Source: an uncultured Thermoleophilia bacterium
Lineage (GTDB): Bacteria; Actinomycetota; Thermoleophilia; UBA2241
DNA: 64,000 nucleotides
Assembly (NCBI GenBank): GCA_963715985.1
Contig: CAVQSP010000013.1
Span: 480,001-544,000, forward strand
Direction: 5' to 3'
Both the position numbers and the translations under genes were made by a program. Position 1 is the first letter of the stretch, and each line of letters opens with the position of its first letter. The notes beneath the pieces are model-generated. The model was not told the origin of the DNA and ran no database searches. It saw only the letters and a list, made by a program, of their open reading frames with translations. Shown in pieces: positions 49,573-59,547 of the stretch.

Positions 49573-50064
49573 TTGCCGTTCAGCCTCGATTCCATCGACC
49601 GGCGCATCGTCTCGCTGCTGATCGAGGACGGCCGCATCTCGTCGGCCGAGATGACACGGCGCATCGGGCACGTGTCCGAGCGCGCCGTGCGCTACCGCAT
49701 CGAGCGTCTGATCCGCAACGGCGTGATCCGCGTCAGCGCCATCGTCATGCCGCAGGCGGTCGGGTTCCCCATCACCGGCGATGTGCTCGTCGATGTGGCT
49801 CCCGGCAAGCTGCAGGACGTGGCCGCCCAGCTCGTCGACTTCCCCACCGTGAGCTACGTCGCGGGGTCGGTCGGCGAGGGCGACCTCAGCGTGCAGGTGT
49901 ACGCGCGCGACACGGAGGAGCTCCTCCGCTTCGTCAACGAGGTCATCGGCAAGGTGCCTGGGGTGACGCGCACCAAGCTCGCCATGGTGCCGTGGAAGCT
50001 CAAGGACGTCTATCAGTGGCAGGTCCCCGTCGGCGCCGCTGAAGAAGGGAGGGCGATCGGCTGA
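49573..50064 (+). CDS. Lrp/AsnC-family transcriptional regulator
   Basis: LDSIDRRIVSLLIEDGRIS, VSERAVRYRIERL, GEGDL, IGKVPGVTRT. Confidence 0.92.
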   Translation: MPFSLDSIDRRIVSLLIEDGRISSAEMTRRIGHVSERAVRYRIERLIRNGVIRVSAIVMPQAVGFPITGDVLVDVAPGKLQDVAAQLVDFPTVSYVAGSVGEGDLSVQVYARDTEELLRFVNEVIGKVPGVTRTKLAMVPWKLKDVYQWQVPVGAAEEGRAIG

Positions 50065-50157
50065 GGGTTCTGTCGTGTTGCGTGTTTGACCATCAACCCG
50101 AGCATCGCCGCGAGAGAAGCCCCCGTCGGCGCCAATCGGATGTAAGAAGGGGGAAGT

Positions 50158-51794
50158 ATGGCTGAAGAACTAGCGTTTGCCCGCAAAGCCAGCGGCCTCG
50201 TCCGCGGCCTCTCCATGTGGGATGCCTTCGGCGTCGGCTTCATGAACCAGGGGCTCACGCCGTCCATCTGGGTCATGACCGGCCTGGGCGTCAGCGTCTA
50301 CCTCGGCGGTAACCTCATCTGGGCGACCGTCATCTCGATGATCCTCGCCGGGATCGGGTTTCCGATCGTGTGGGGCGTGCTCGGCGGCTCCATGCCGCGC
50401 TCCGGCGGCGAGTACATCTACAACTCGCGCATCATCCACCCCATCGTCGGTATCGGCGAGTCGTTCGGCAACGCCTTCGTGTGGATCATGTGGATCTACG
50501 TGCTGGCGCCCTGGACGGCCGACCCGGGCATGGTGATGATGTCCCAGTTCATGGGCTGGGACTGGCTGTACAACACGGCGACCGAGACCTTCTTTGGGGG
50601 TCTCAGCTACACCTGGGGCTGCTTCGTCATCGCCACCGTCGCCAACATCATCTCCTTCATGTTCGTGGTGTTCGGCATCAAGTGGTTCGCGCGCATCCAG
50701 AAGGTCGTCATGCTCTTCGGCATCGGCGGCTGTGCTGTGCTGCTGGCCGCCATCTGCTTCTACAACAAGGCCGACTTCGTGGCCGGCTGGAACAACATCG
50801 CCCAGCAGTACGGCTCCCTCAACTACGATGCCTTCCTCGCCGGCGTCAACGGCATGGCGGGCACAGACATGCCCACCACGTGGAACTGGTTCGACACGTT
50901 CGGGGTCATGGTCGCCGGCTCCTGGCTGTTCGCCTACAGCTACTGCATCACGTTCATCGCCGGCGAGGTCAAGCGCCCTGACAAGACCATCATCCTGTCC
51001 AACCTCTTCGCCATCATCGTGCCCGGCGCGTTCATGCTGTGGGCGGCCGTCGGCCTGTACCACATGGTCGAGTTCAACTTCTTCTCGGCCGCTATGTACG
51101 CCGACTACAACGGCCTGCCCGACGGCTACTCGGTCCCGTGGAGCACCAACTTCCTCGGGCCTGCTCGCCATGGTGAACCAGAACAAGATCATCCTGTTCA
51201 TCGCCGTGCTGTCGTTCTTGGCGTTCAACCTGTGGTGGATCGCGCTCTCGTACCTCGCCTTCCCGCGCATCCTCTTCGCCTGGGGCATGGACCGCATGGG
51301 TCCCAAGTGGTTCACGGACATCAACCCGAGGTTCGCCAGCCCGGTGAAGAACCACATTCTGTGCTTCGTGCTCGGCCAGATCATGATCGCGGTGTACGTC
51401 TTCTGGCAGAACGAATCGATGCAGGGTCTTGCGGTCACGGCGCTCGAGATCTTCTCGGTGTTCGGCGTGACCGCCATCGCGGCGCTGATGTTCCCCTACG
51501 TGAAGCGCTCCAAGGGCATCTGGGACGCCTCGCCGTACAAGACGTGGAGGATCGCCGGTATCCCGGTGGTGACGATCGGCGCTATCGTCGACATCATCTA
51601 CCTGGGCATCCTGGCGTACTTCTTCTTCTTCCTGCCCGACCCCGAAAGCGCTCGAGGGCTTCGACGACGAACACGGCATCCTCATCGCCGTGACGTGGAC
51701 CGCGGGTATCATCTGGTACCTGTTCTGGAAGCAGCGCAGCAAGAGCGTGGGCGTCGACGTGTCGATGACCTACGGGGAGTTGCCGCCTGAGTGA
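50158..51794 (+). CDS. APC-family amino acid/polyamine permease (copy 2); frameshifts near 51160 and 51650-51700
   Basis: FARKASGLVR, MPRSGGEYIYNSR, AGEVKRPDK, RILFAWGMDR; ends MTYGELPPE. Confidence 0.88.
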
Positions 51795-51806
51795 TCTGGA
51801 AGTACC

Positions 51807-51840
51807 GTAAGGGGCGGGAGCGTCCGCTCCCGCCCCTTAC
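51807..51840. other. Intercistronic stem-loop between permease 2 and the phosphoesterase
   Basis: gtaaggggcgggagc-gtcc-gctcccgccccttac; no clear U-tract. Confidence 0.6.
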
Positions 51841-51860
51841 TCTGTCCTTGGAGTGTGCAG

Positions 51861-52793
51861 ATGATAAAGCTGTTCATTGTCACCGATATCCACGGCTCCA
51901 ACGTCTGTTATCGGAAGTTCCTCAACGCGCTTCCGATCTACGGCGCTGACATTGCCGTGCTGCTCGGTGACCTCACCGGTAAGGTACTCGTGCCGCTCGT
52001 CGACAAGGGCAACGACACCTGGGAATGCACCCTCATGGGGCAGCACCGGGACATCGAGACCAAAGAAGAGCTCGCCGAGATCAAGAAGGTCGTCGAGAAC
52101 GCCGGCTACTACTGGGTCCACCAGACGCGTGAGGAGTTCAACGACACGCGCAGCGATCCGGCCAAGATCGACGCGCTGTTCAAGAGCCTCGTCTTCCAGC
52201 GCGTGCAGGAGTGGCTCGACCTGGCCGACGAGCGCCTCGAGGGCAAGCCGTTCCAGATGTACATGGCTCCCGGCAACGACGACTGGTTCGTCATCGACGA
52301 CATGATCGACAACGCCAAGCTGGTGCATCCCTGCGACAAGCGCGTGGTCGAGATCGAGAACCACGAGATGATCACCTCGTCGGCCTCCAACCCCACCCCG
52401 TGGGACACGCCGCGCGAGATGAGCGAGGCGGACCTGGAGACGCACCTCCGTGGCCTGTGCGCCATGGTCAAGAACCAGGAGACGGCGATCTACAACTTCC
52501 ACGTGCCGCCGTACGGCTACTCGCTGGACCTGTGCCCCAAGCTCGACGAGAACCTGACCATGGCCGCCGACGAGAAGATCCACGCCGGCAGCCTCGGCGC
52601 GAAGGCCGTCATCGAGCAGTACCAGCCGCTGCTGGGCCTCCACGGCCACATCCACGAATCGCGCGGCGCCCAGAAGGCCGGCCGCACGCTGCTCATCAAC
52701 CCGGGCAGCGAGTACTCGGAGGGCATCCTCAAGGGCGTCATCATCATGCTCGACAAGAAGAAGGTGAAGGACTACGTGTTCACCTCCGGGTGA
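51861..52793 (+). CDS. Calcineurin-like (Icc-related) metallophosphoesterase
   Basis: TDIHGS, LGDLTGK, PGNDD, FHVPP, LHGHIHES, NPGSEY. Confidence 0.9.
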   Translation: MIKLFIVTDIHGSNVCYRKFLNALPIYGADIAVLLGDLTGKVLVPLVDKGNDTWECTLMGQHRDIETKEELAEIKKVVENAGYYWVHQTREEFNDTRSDPAKIDALFKSLVFQRVQEWLDLADERLEGKPFQMYMAPGNDDWFVIDDMIDNAKLVHPCDKRVVEIENHEMITSSASNPTPWDTPREMSEADLETHLRGLCAMVKNQETAIYNFHVPPYGYSLDLCPKLDENLTMAADEKIHAGSLGAKAVIEQYQPLLGLHGHIHESRGAQKAGRTLLINPGSEYSEGILKGVIIMLDKKKVKDYVFTSG

Positions 52794-52853
52794 TGCACGC
52801 GTAGACTACGGCTTTCCGACGACGCCGATCCCGGAAGGGGGCGATACATAGCG

Positions 52854-53660
52854 ATGGGTCAGTTCATCCTGCCGAAGGACATCCCGCTCGACCGGTATCC
52901 CAAGCCCGAGGTCTTCCTCAGCGAGGGCAAGCGGATCGCGGAGGCGGCGCAAGCGCAGGGCATCATCATGCGCGTCATGGGCCCGCTGGCGCTGCACTAC
53001 TACTTCCCGGACCAGATCGACCTCTACGCCAGGCTGGAGCGCCTCGGCGACCGGTACTTCACCGACATCGACTACGCGACCTACGGCAAGACGCGCAAGC
53101 TTCTCGTCAAGTTCATGGAGTCGGTCGGCTACGAGTGCGATCTGCAGACCATGGCGATGACCGGGCAGACCCGCCACATCTACTTCGGCGGCGCCGTGCC
53201 CATGATCGACGTGTTCATCGACAAGCTCGACTACTGCCACGAGGTCAACTACGCCGGCCGCCTCGAGGCCGATCCCTGGAGCGTGTCGCTCGCCGACATC
53301 CTGCTGCAGAAGCTGCAGATCTGGGAGATCAACGACAAGGACCTCAAGGACATCGAGTACCTGTTCACCGTGGCGGACTTCGGCGAGGACGACGAGAAGA
53401 AGGTCAACGTGGGCTTCGTCGCGCGCCGTCTGGCCGACGACTGGGGCTTCTGGTACACGGCGACCACCAACCTCGACCGCGTCAAGGAGCACGTCGGCAA
53501 CGTGGACGCCCTGGACGACGGGCAGAAGGCCAAGATCAGGCAGGTCGCCGACGAGGTGCGGGCGCGCATCGACGCCGAACCCAAGACCAAGGCCTGGGAG
53601 AAGCGCGCCAAGAAGGGCACGAAGAAGATCTGGTACAACACAGGCTTCTCGGACTGGTGA
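52854..53660 (+). CDS. Uncharacterised nucleotidyltransferase, DNA polymerase-beta superfamily
   Basis: RVMGPLA (G-x-x-A), FTDIDY (DxD), MIDVF (third Asp), ILLQKLQI...KDLKD. Confidence 0.75.
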   Translation: MGQFILPKDIPLDRYPKPEVFLSEGKRIAEAAQAQGIIMRVMGPLALHYYFPDQIDLYARLERLGDRYFTDIDYATYGKTRKLLVKFMESVGYECDLQTMAMTGQTRHIYFGGAVPMIDVFIDKLDYCHEVNYAGRLEADPWSVSLADILLQKLQIWEINDKDLKDIEYLFTVADFGEDDEKKVNVGFVARRLADDWGFWYTATTNLDRVKEHVGNVDALDDGQKAKIRQVADEVRARIDAEPKTKAWEKRAKKGTKKIWYNTGFSDW

Positions 53661-53828
53661 GACGGGGGCGGCCCGCGGGTCGCCGCCTGAGCGCGTGACG
53701 ACGGGCCGGGGCGCCGTAGGCGCCCCGGCCCGTCGCGCTTCCCCGTTCGCCCCTTGAGCGCCGTGGCCGTCCCGCGTACGCTCGTACCACCGCGCCCGCC
53801 GGGCGCGGACACACGCCGGAGGTGCCGG

Positions 53829-55953
53829 GTGACCGCCGCCACACATCCCGGCGGGCGCGACCTGCGCCCGCTCTTCGACCCTCGCTCGGTGGCGGTGGTG
53901 GGCGCTTCCGCGGACACGTCCAAGTGGGGCGGCGACGTGGCGGCGCGCCTGCTGCGCGGCGGCGGCCGCCGCCCCGTGTACCTGGTCAACCGGCGCGGCG
54001 GCGAGATGCACGGCCAGACGGCGTACTGCACGCTCGGCGAGCTGCCCGAGGCGCCCGAGCTCGTCGTGCTCGCCACCCCGGCGAGCACGTTCGAGGCCGT
54101 GGTGGACGAGGCCCTCGGCCTCGGCGTGCGCGCCTTCATCGGCCTGTTCGCCGGCCTCGGGGAGGCCGGACCGGAGGGGCGCCTGCGCGAGCGCGCTGTG
54201 GTCGAGCGCCTGCGCGCCCACGGCGCCGTGCTGCTCGGACCCAACTGCATGGGGCTGGCCGACCACACCGCCGGCTTCGAGGCCGTGGCCTACCTCGACG
54301 TGCCGGCCGGCGACGTCGCCTTCATCTCGCAGAGCGGCGCCATGGGCGAGGAGTTCGTCTGCAGGGCGGGGGAGTGGGGGTGCGGCTTCTCCCGCTATGT
54401 CACGCTCGGCAACCAGGCCGATCTGAGTGCCGTAGAGGTGCTGGAGAGCCTCGCCGGTCACGTCGCCACTGCGGTCGTCGCCCTCTATCTGGAGGATCTC
54501 GGGGACGGCCGCCGGCTGGCCGCCGCCGCCGGCGGATGTGCTCGCCGGCGGGACGCCGGTGGTCCTCCTGGCGCCCGGCCGTAGCGCCGCCGGGGCGCGG
54601 GCGGCGCTCTCGCACACCGGCTCGCTGGCGCCCGACACGGCCGTCGTGGACGCCGTGTGCCGGGCCGGGGGCATCCGCCGTGCCGAGACGCCGCGGGAGC
54701 TGTTCGAGCTGGCCATGGCGCTGCGCGGGCGCGCCCGCCCGCAGGGTCGCCGTGTGGCCGTGATCAGCGACGGGGGCGGGCCCGGCGGCGTGGCCGCCGA
54801 CGTGCTCGCCGCCGCCGGGCTCTCCGTGCCCGAGTTCGGGCCGGAGCTCTCCGCGCGGCTGCGTGAGGAGCTGCCGGGGAGTGCGGGCAGCAACCCGCTC
54901 GACCTGGCGCTCGGCACTATCGACCCCGATGGCTTCTCGCGGGCCGTCCCCCTCGCGTTGCAGGACGACGGGGTGGACGCGGTGCTCGTGGCCGGCCAGC
55001 TCGGCTACTGGGGCTGGCGCTTTCCCGAGTTCGCCGATCTCACGGCACGCGAGGTGGAGGGCGCCGTACGCATGGCCGAGGCGGCCGCGGCCACCGGCAC
55101 GCCGCTGGTGGCCGCCACCGTGTACCCGCAGGCGGCGCCGGCAGCCGAGCTGCGCCGCCGCGGCGTGCCCGTGTACCGGGAGGTCGCGTCCGCGGTGGCC
55201 GCCATCCGCGCGCTCTGTGACGCCGCCTCGCGCGCCCCGGGGGTGCCCCCACTGCCGCCGCCCGAGGAGCCGCTCGAGGCGGACCCGGACTACTGGGCGG
55301 CGCGCGAGGCTCTCGCCGGCGCCGGTGTGACGTTCATCGCGGGACGCCGCGTGACCAGCGTGGCTGAGGCCGTGGCGGCCGCCGGGGAGCTCGGCTGGCC
55401 GGTCGCGCTCAAGGCGCTCGGCCTGCTGCACAAGTCCGAGGCCGGCGGCGTCGCGCTCGGCCTGGAGGATGCGGCCGCCGTCGCCGCGGCCGCCGAGGAC
55501 ATGGAACGGCGGCTGCGACCCCCCGGGTTCGTGGTCGAGCGCATGGCTCCGGTCGCGGAGGGTGTGGAGCTCATCGCCGGCGCCCGGCGCACGCCCGGCT
55601 GCGGGCCGGTGGCCCTGGTGGGCGCCGGCGGCGTGTACGCGGAGGTGTTCCGAGACTCCCGCACGGCTCTGGCGCCGCTGGACGAGGGCGGCGCGGCGGA
55701 GCTGATCGGCGCCCTGCGCGTGGCGCCCTTGCTGGCGGGCGCGCGCGGCAGGCCGCCGCTGAACGTGGCCGCCGCAGCCGCGGCGGCGGCGGCCGTGAGC
55801 CGGTTCGCGGCCGCGCACCCCGAGGTGCGGGAGGTGGAGATCAACCCGCTCCTCGTGCTGCCGGGCGGCGCGGTGGCCCTGGACGCGCGCATCATCACGG
55901 ATGAGGCCGGCCGCGGCTCCGCCGGGCCGGCCGGGCCAGAGGAGGTCACATGA
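53829..55953 (+). CDS. NDP-forming acyl-CoA synthetase (acetate-CoA ligase family); frameshift near 54535
   Basis: FDPRSVAVVGAS, LLGPNCMG, ISQSGA, TLGNQAD, ALSHTGSLA, NPLD, HKSEAGGV, EVEINPL. Confidence 0.9.
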
Positions 55954-56721
55954 CCGGCGTCTCGGGGAAGAGGGTCCTGGTCACGGCGGCGGGGTCGGGC
56001 ATCGGCGCCACCGTGGCGGCGCGCTTCGCCGCGGGCGGCGCGCGCGTCTTCGTGTGCGACGTGGATACTCCGCTGCTCGAGGCGTTCCTGGGCGCTCACC
56101 CGGGTATCGACGGCCAGGTCGCCGACGTGGCCTCGCTCCCCGACGTCGAGCGACTTCGTGGCCGCCGGCGCCGAGCGGCTGGGCGGCCTCGACGTCCTCG
56201 TCGGCAACGCCGGCGTGGCCGGGCCCGCGTCGCCGGTGGAGACGATGGACGTGGACGGCTGGCGTCGCACCCTCGACGTCAATCTGAGCGGCGCCTTCTA
56301 CTGCGTGCGCGCCGCCGTGCCGCACCTCAAGGCCGCCGGCGGGGGCTCCATCGCGCTGATGTCGTCCAACGCCGGCACGATGGGCCTGCCCTATCGCGCT
56401 CCCTACGTGGCCACCAAGTGGGCGCTCATCGGGCTGGTCAAGACGCTGGCCATGGAGCTCGGTCCCAGCGGGATCCGCGCCAACGCCATCTGTCCCGGGG
56501 ACGTGGACGGGGAGCGCATCAGGCGAGTGATCGCCCGGGAGGCCGCCAATCGCGGGCTCAGCGAGGACGAGGTGCTCGCGGAGCGCCTGGAGGCCGTGTC
56601 GCTGCGGACCATGATCACGGCCGACGACGTGGCCGAGCTCATCATGTTCGTGTGCTCGGACGCCGGGGCGAAGATCTCCGGTCAGGCGCTGCTCGTGGAC
56701 GGCAACGCGGAACGAGCCTGA
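55950..56721 (+). CDS. SDR oxidoreductase; frameshift near 56150
   Basis: VTAAGSGIG, VCDVD, GNAGVAGP, PYVATK, NAICPG. Confidence 0.88.
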
Positions 56722-56722
56722 A

Positions 56723-56766
56723 CGGCGGAGGGGGCGGGGCCCGGCAGGGCCCCGCCCCCTCCGCCG
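56723..56766. terminator. 20-bp-stem hairpin between the convergent SDR and patA genes
   Basis: cggcggagggggcggggccc-ggca-gggccccgccccctccgccg. Confidence 0.75.
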
Positions 56767-56775
56767 GCATCGCTG

Positions 56776-56877
56776 GTGAGCGGTGTGCCTGCGGCGCCCC
56801 GCTCGCTGTAGTGCCTCCGGCCGCTCGTGAGCGGTGTGCCTGCGGCGCCCCGCTCGCTGTAGTGCCTGCGGCCGCTA
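56776..56877. repeat. Tandem repeat, 2 x 51 bp
   Basis: gtgagcggtgtgcctgcggcgccccgctcgctgtagtgcct(c/g)cggccgct(c/a) at 56776 and 56827. Confidence 0.92.
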
Positions 56878-58266
56878 GTGGGCCACCAGCTCGCCTGCAT
56901 GCAGCTGGGCCTGGACGCGGCCCATCACCAGGTCGAGGCGGCGGACGACCTCGTCCATCTCGTGCTGCGTCAGCGTGGCCGGCGGCTCGATACGGAAGGT
57001 CTTGGCACTGAAGAGCGTACCGCCCGTGAGCACACCTTCGCCGAAGAGGCCGGTGGCCACCGCGTAGCCGGCCTCCTCGCTGGTGTACTCGAGCCCGATG
57101 AGCAGACCGAGCCCGCGGACCTCTTCCAGCAGGTCGGGGTACTTGGCGCGCAGCGCCTCGAAGCGTTCCTTGAGCCAGGCGCCCTTCTCCGCCGCCTGCC
57201 GCGGGATGTCCTCGTCCAGGGTGGCGTGCAGGGCGGCGATCACGGCCGATGTGGCCACGGGATTGCCGCCGAACGTGGTGGTGTGGATGTACGGGTTCTC
57301 CATGAGCGGCTCGAACACCTCGGGCGTGGAGACGAAGCAGCCCACGGGGATGACGGCGCCGCCCAGCGCCTTGCCCATGCTCATGATGTCCGGCGCCACG
57401 CCCCAGTGCTCGATGCCCCACAGCGTGCCGGTGCGACCCATGCCGGTCTGCACCTCGTCGGCGATGAAGAGGATGCCCCACTGGTCGCAGATCTCGCGGA
57501 CCTTGGGGAAGAAGTCGTCCGGCGGCACGCGCGCGCCGGCCTCGCCCTGCACGGGCTCGGCGATGAAGGCCGAGATGTCCAGGCCGACGGTGTCGCAGAC
57601 CTTGAGCTCCTTGTGCAACGCATCGGCGTCGCCGTAGGGGATGAAGCGCACGTTGGACGCGAGCGGGTGAAAGGGCTCGCGCCAGGCTGCCTTGCCGGTC
57701 ACACTCAGGCTGCCGAACGACTTGCCGTGAAAGCCGCCCAGGCAGCTGATGAGGCCGTTGGTGTGGTTGGCCTTCTTGCGCTTGCCGTGCAGCTTGGCGA
57801 GCTTGAGGGCGCCCTCGTTGGCCTCGGTGCCCGAGTTGCAGAAGAAGGAATACTGCAGGTCGCCCGGCGTGAGCATGGCGAGCAGCTCGCTGGCGTAGCC
57901 GCGCATGGGGTCGAGGAGCTCCTGGGAGTGCAGGGCCTGGTGCCCCAGCTGGTCCATCACCGCCTTGACCACCGTGGGGTGGCGGTGCCCCAGCATGTAG
58001 ATGCCGTAGCCGCCGAGGCAGTCGATGAACTCCTTGCCGTGGATGTCGTAGAAGACGTTGCCCTCGTCGCGCCACTCCACCGCCGTGTAGTCGGTGGAAC
58101 AGGACTTGCGGTACTCGAGGATCCCCGGGTTCACGTACTGGTCGAAGTTCCTGATGCAGTCCTCGACCACCGCCTGCTGCTCGCCGGCGTCGAGCGTGGT
58201 CTTGCCCATCAGACTCAATGCCTTGCCCGACTCGCGCAGCGCGTCCTGCCTGACCTGCTCCTCCAT
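56875..58266 (-). CDS. patA: Putrescine aminotransferase (class III PLP-dependent)
   Basis: QYVNPGILEYRKS, FIDCLGGYG, ALHSQELLDPMRG, YSFFCNSGTE, FHGKS, DEVQTGMGRTG, GKALGG, HTTTFGGNP, RIEPP. Confidence 0.9.
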   Translation of the reverse strand: MEEQVRQDALRESGKALSLMGKTTLDAGEQQAVVEDCIRNFDQYVNPGILEYRKSCSTDYTAVEWRDEGNVFYDIHGKEFIDCLGGYGIYMLGHRHPTVVKAVMDQLGHQALHSQELLDPMRGYASELLAMLTPGDLQYSFFCNSGTEANEGALKLAKLHGKRKKANHTNGLISCLGGFHGKSFGSLSVTGKAAWREPFHPLASNVRFIPYGDADALHKELKVCDTVGLDISAFIAEPVQGEAGARVPPDDFFPKVREICDQWGILFIADEVQTGMGRTGTLWGIEHWGVAPDIMSMGKALGGAVIPVGCFVSTPEVFEPLMENPYIHTTTFGGNPVATSAVIAALHATLDEDIPRQAAEKGAWLKERFEALRAKYPDLLEEVRGLGLLIGLEYTSEEAGYAVATGLFGEGVLTGGTLFSAKTFRIEPPATLTQHEMDEVVRRLDLVMGRVQAQLHAGELVAH

Positions 58267-58449
58267 TGATCCCCCGTCCTGTGAATCGAAGAGCCGTGAA
58301 TACGGCGATTTGCGGTATAGTTCGTACAGCCGACCGAACTCTGGAGCCACTGTACCGCGAGATCCGCAGGACTGCAACGCTTCGTCGCCTCCTATTGCCG
58401 GCCGCCGACCGCGCGGACTGGTGATAGGGTGCGCGCCTGAGAGATGCCT

Positions 58450-59064
58450 GTGACCGAACGACCCGGACACCCGAGTGAAGATCCCACCGCCGAGCTGGCA
58501 CCGCCGGCGCGGCGCCTGGTGGCCGCCGCGCGGGCGCTGCTGGCCCGCGGCGGCTTCGAGGCGCTCACGGTGGAGGCGGTGGCGGCCGAGGCGGGGGCCT
58601 ACCGCGACTCGGTGCGGTACTACTTCGGCAGCAAGGCCGCCTTCGTGGCGGCCGTGGTCGACTCGCTGGCCCACGATCAGAGCGTGGCCGCGGTGGAGAA
58701 GACACGAGGGCTGCCGGCCGGCGCCGCGCGCGTGGGCGCCCTCATCGCGGGCGACCGCCGGCTTCTCGACGACCGCGACGCCTTCCGCGACTTCTTCGCC
58801 ATCTTCCCGCACGTCGTCATGGACGAGGAGCTGCGGGCTCGAGTCGCGGCACTCTACGATTGGTACCGCGACCTCTACGCCGCCGGCATGGACGGCGTCC
58901 CGGACGCGACCCGCGAGCAGCGCCTGCGCGACCTCGCCTCCCTCATGGTCGCCGTGACCGACGGGCTCGCCGTACAGGAGCTGCTCGACCCCGACGGGAC
59001 GCGTCTCGACAGGCTCTTCAGCCTCTGGGAAGAGCTGTTGCGGCGCGAGTTCCCCGGCGCCTGA
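58450..59064 (+). CDS. TetR-family transcriptional regulator, divergent from patA
   Basis: LVAAARALL..GGFEALTVEAVAAEAG...VRYYFGSK. Confidence 0.9.
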   Translation: MTERPGHPSEDPTAELAPPARRLVAAARALLARGGFEALTVEAVAAEAGAYRDSVRYYFGSKAAFVAAVVDSLAHDQSVAAVEKTRGLPAGAARVGALIAGDRRLLDDRDAFRDFFAIFPHVVMDEELRARVAALYDWYRDLYAAGMDGVPDATREQRLRDLASLMVAVTDGLAVQELLDPDGTRLDRLFSLWEELLRREFPGA

Positions 59065-59193
59065 TACCCCCGCTGCAGGCTCATTTACAGCACTCGACCC
59101 AAGGTGTAGGCTCGCCGCGCGCGTGCGGGGCCACATGGGGGGCACCGACGGCCGCCAGGCCAGCGCAGGTTGACCGGGTAGGAGGAACGAGTC

Positions 59194-59394
59194 GTGGCGC
59201 AAGGCACCGTGAAGTGGTTCAGCAACGAGAAGGGGTACGGGTTCATCGAGCGGGAAGATGGAGACGACCTGTTCGTGCACTACTCCGAGATCACCATGGA
59301 CGGGTACAAGACGCTCGTCCAGGGTCAGGCGGTGGAGTTCGAGATCACCGAGGGCACCAAAGGGCTGCAGGCCTCCACGGTCCGGCCCGTCTGA
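59194..59394 (+). CDS. cspA: Cold-shock protein
   Basis: [24 protein letters not shown]. Confidence 0.95.
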   Translation: MAQGTVKWFSNEKGYGFIEREDGDDLFVHYSEITMDGYKTLVQGQAVEFEITEGTKGLQASTVRPV

Positions 59395-59440
59395 CAGGCG
59401 ACTGGACCGTCCGCCCGGTCTGACGGACGACCGAACAGCG

Positions 59441-59479
59441 AGGGCCCGCCGGCTGCGTGCAGCCGGCGGGCCCTTTCTT
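59441..59479 (+). terminator. Intrinsic terminator
   Basis: agggcccgccggctgc/gcagccggcgggccct stem followed by ttctt. Confidence 0.8.
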
Positions 59480-59547
59480 GTCCCTCCCCAGACGAGGGAG
59501 TACTATAGCCGTCCCGCTTTGGCGGCCCCTCCCAGGAGGAACACACC

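Noticed and set aside
52854-53660. Nucleotidyltransferase as an AbiEii/MenT toxin or a CBASS cyclase
   Set aside because: No cognate antitoxin or effector is adjacent, codon usage is host-like, and the context is metabolic. Not formally excluded without an HMM search.
5750-56160. About 15 frameshifts (athL-like gene, SDRs, argS, otsA, larC, both permeases, acyl-CoA synthetase and others) as pseudogenisation or programmed recoding
   Set aside because: They are single-base indels in otherwise intact, codon-biased genes with no in-frame stops, and one hits essential argS. Uncorrected long-read error is the simplest explanation; read polishing would confirm it.
56776-56877. Possible mini CRISPR array
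   Set aside because: Two adjacent units with no unique spacer and no cas genes
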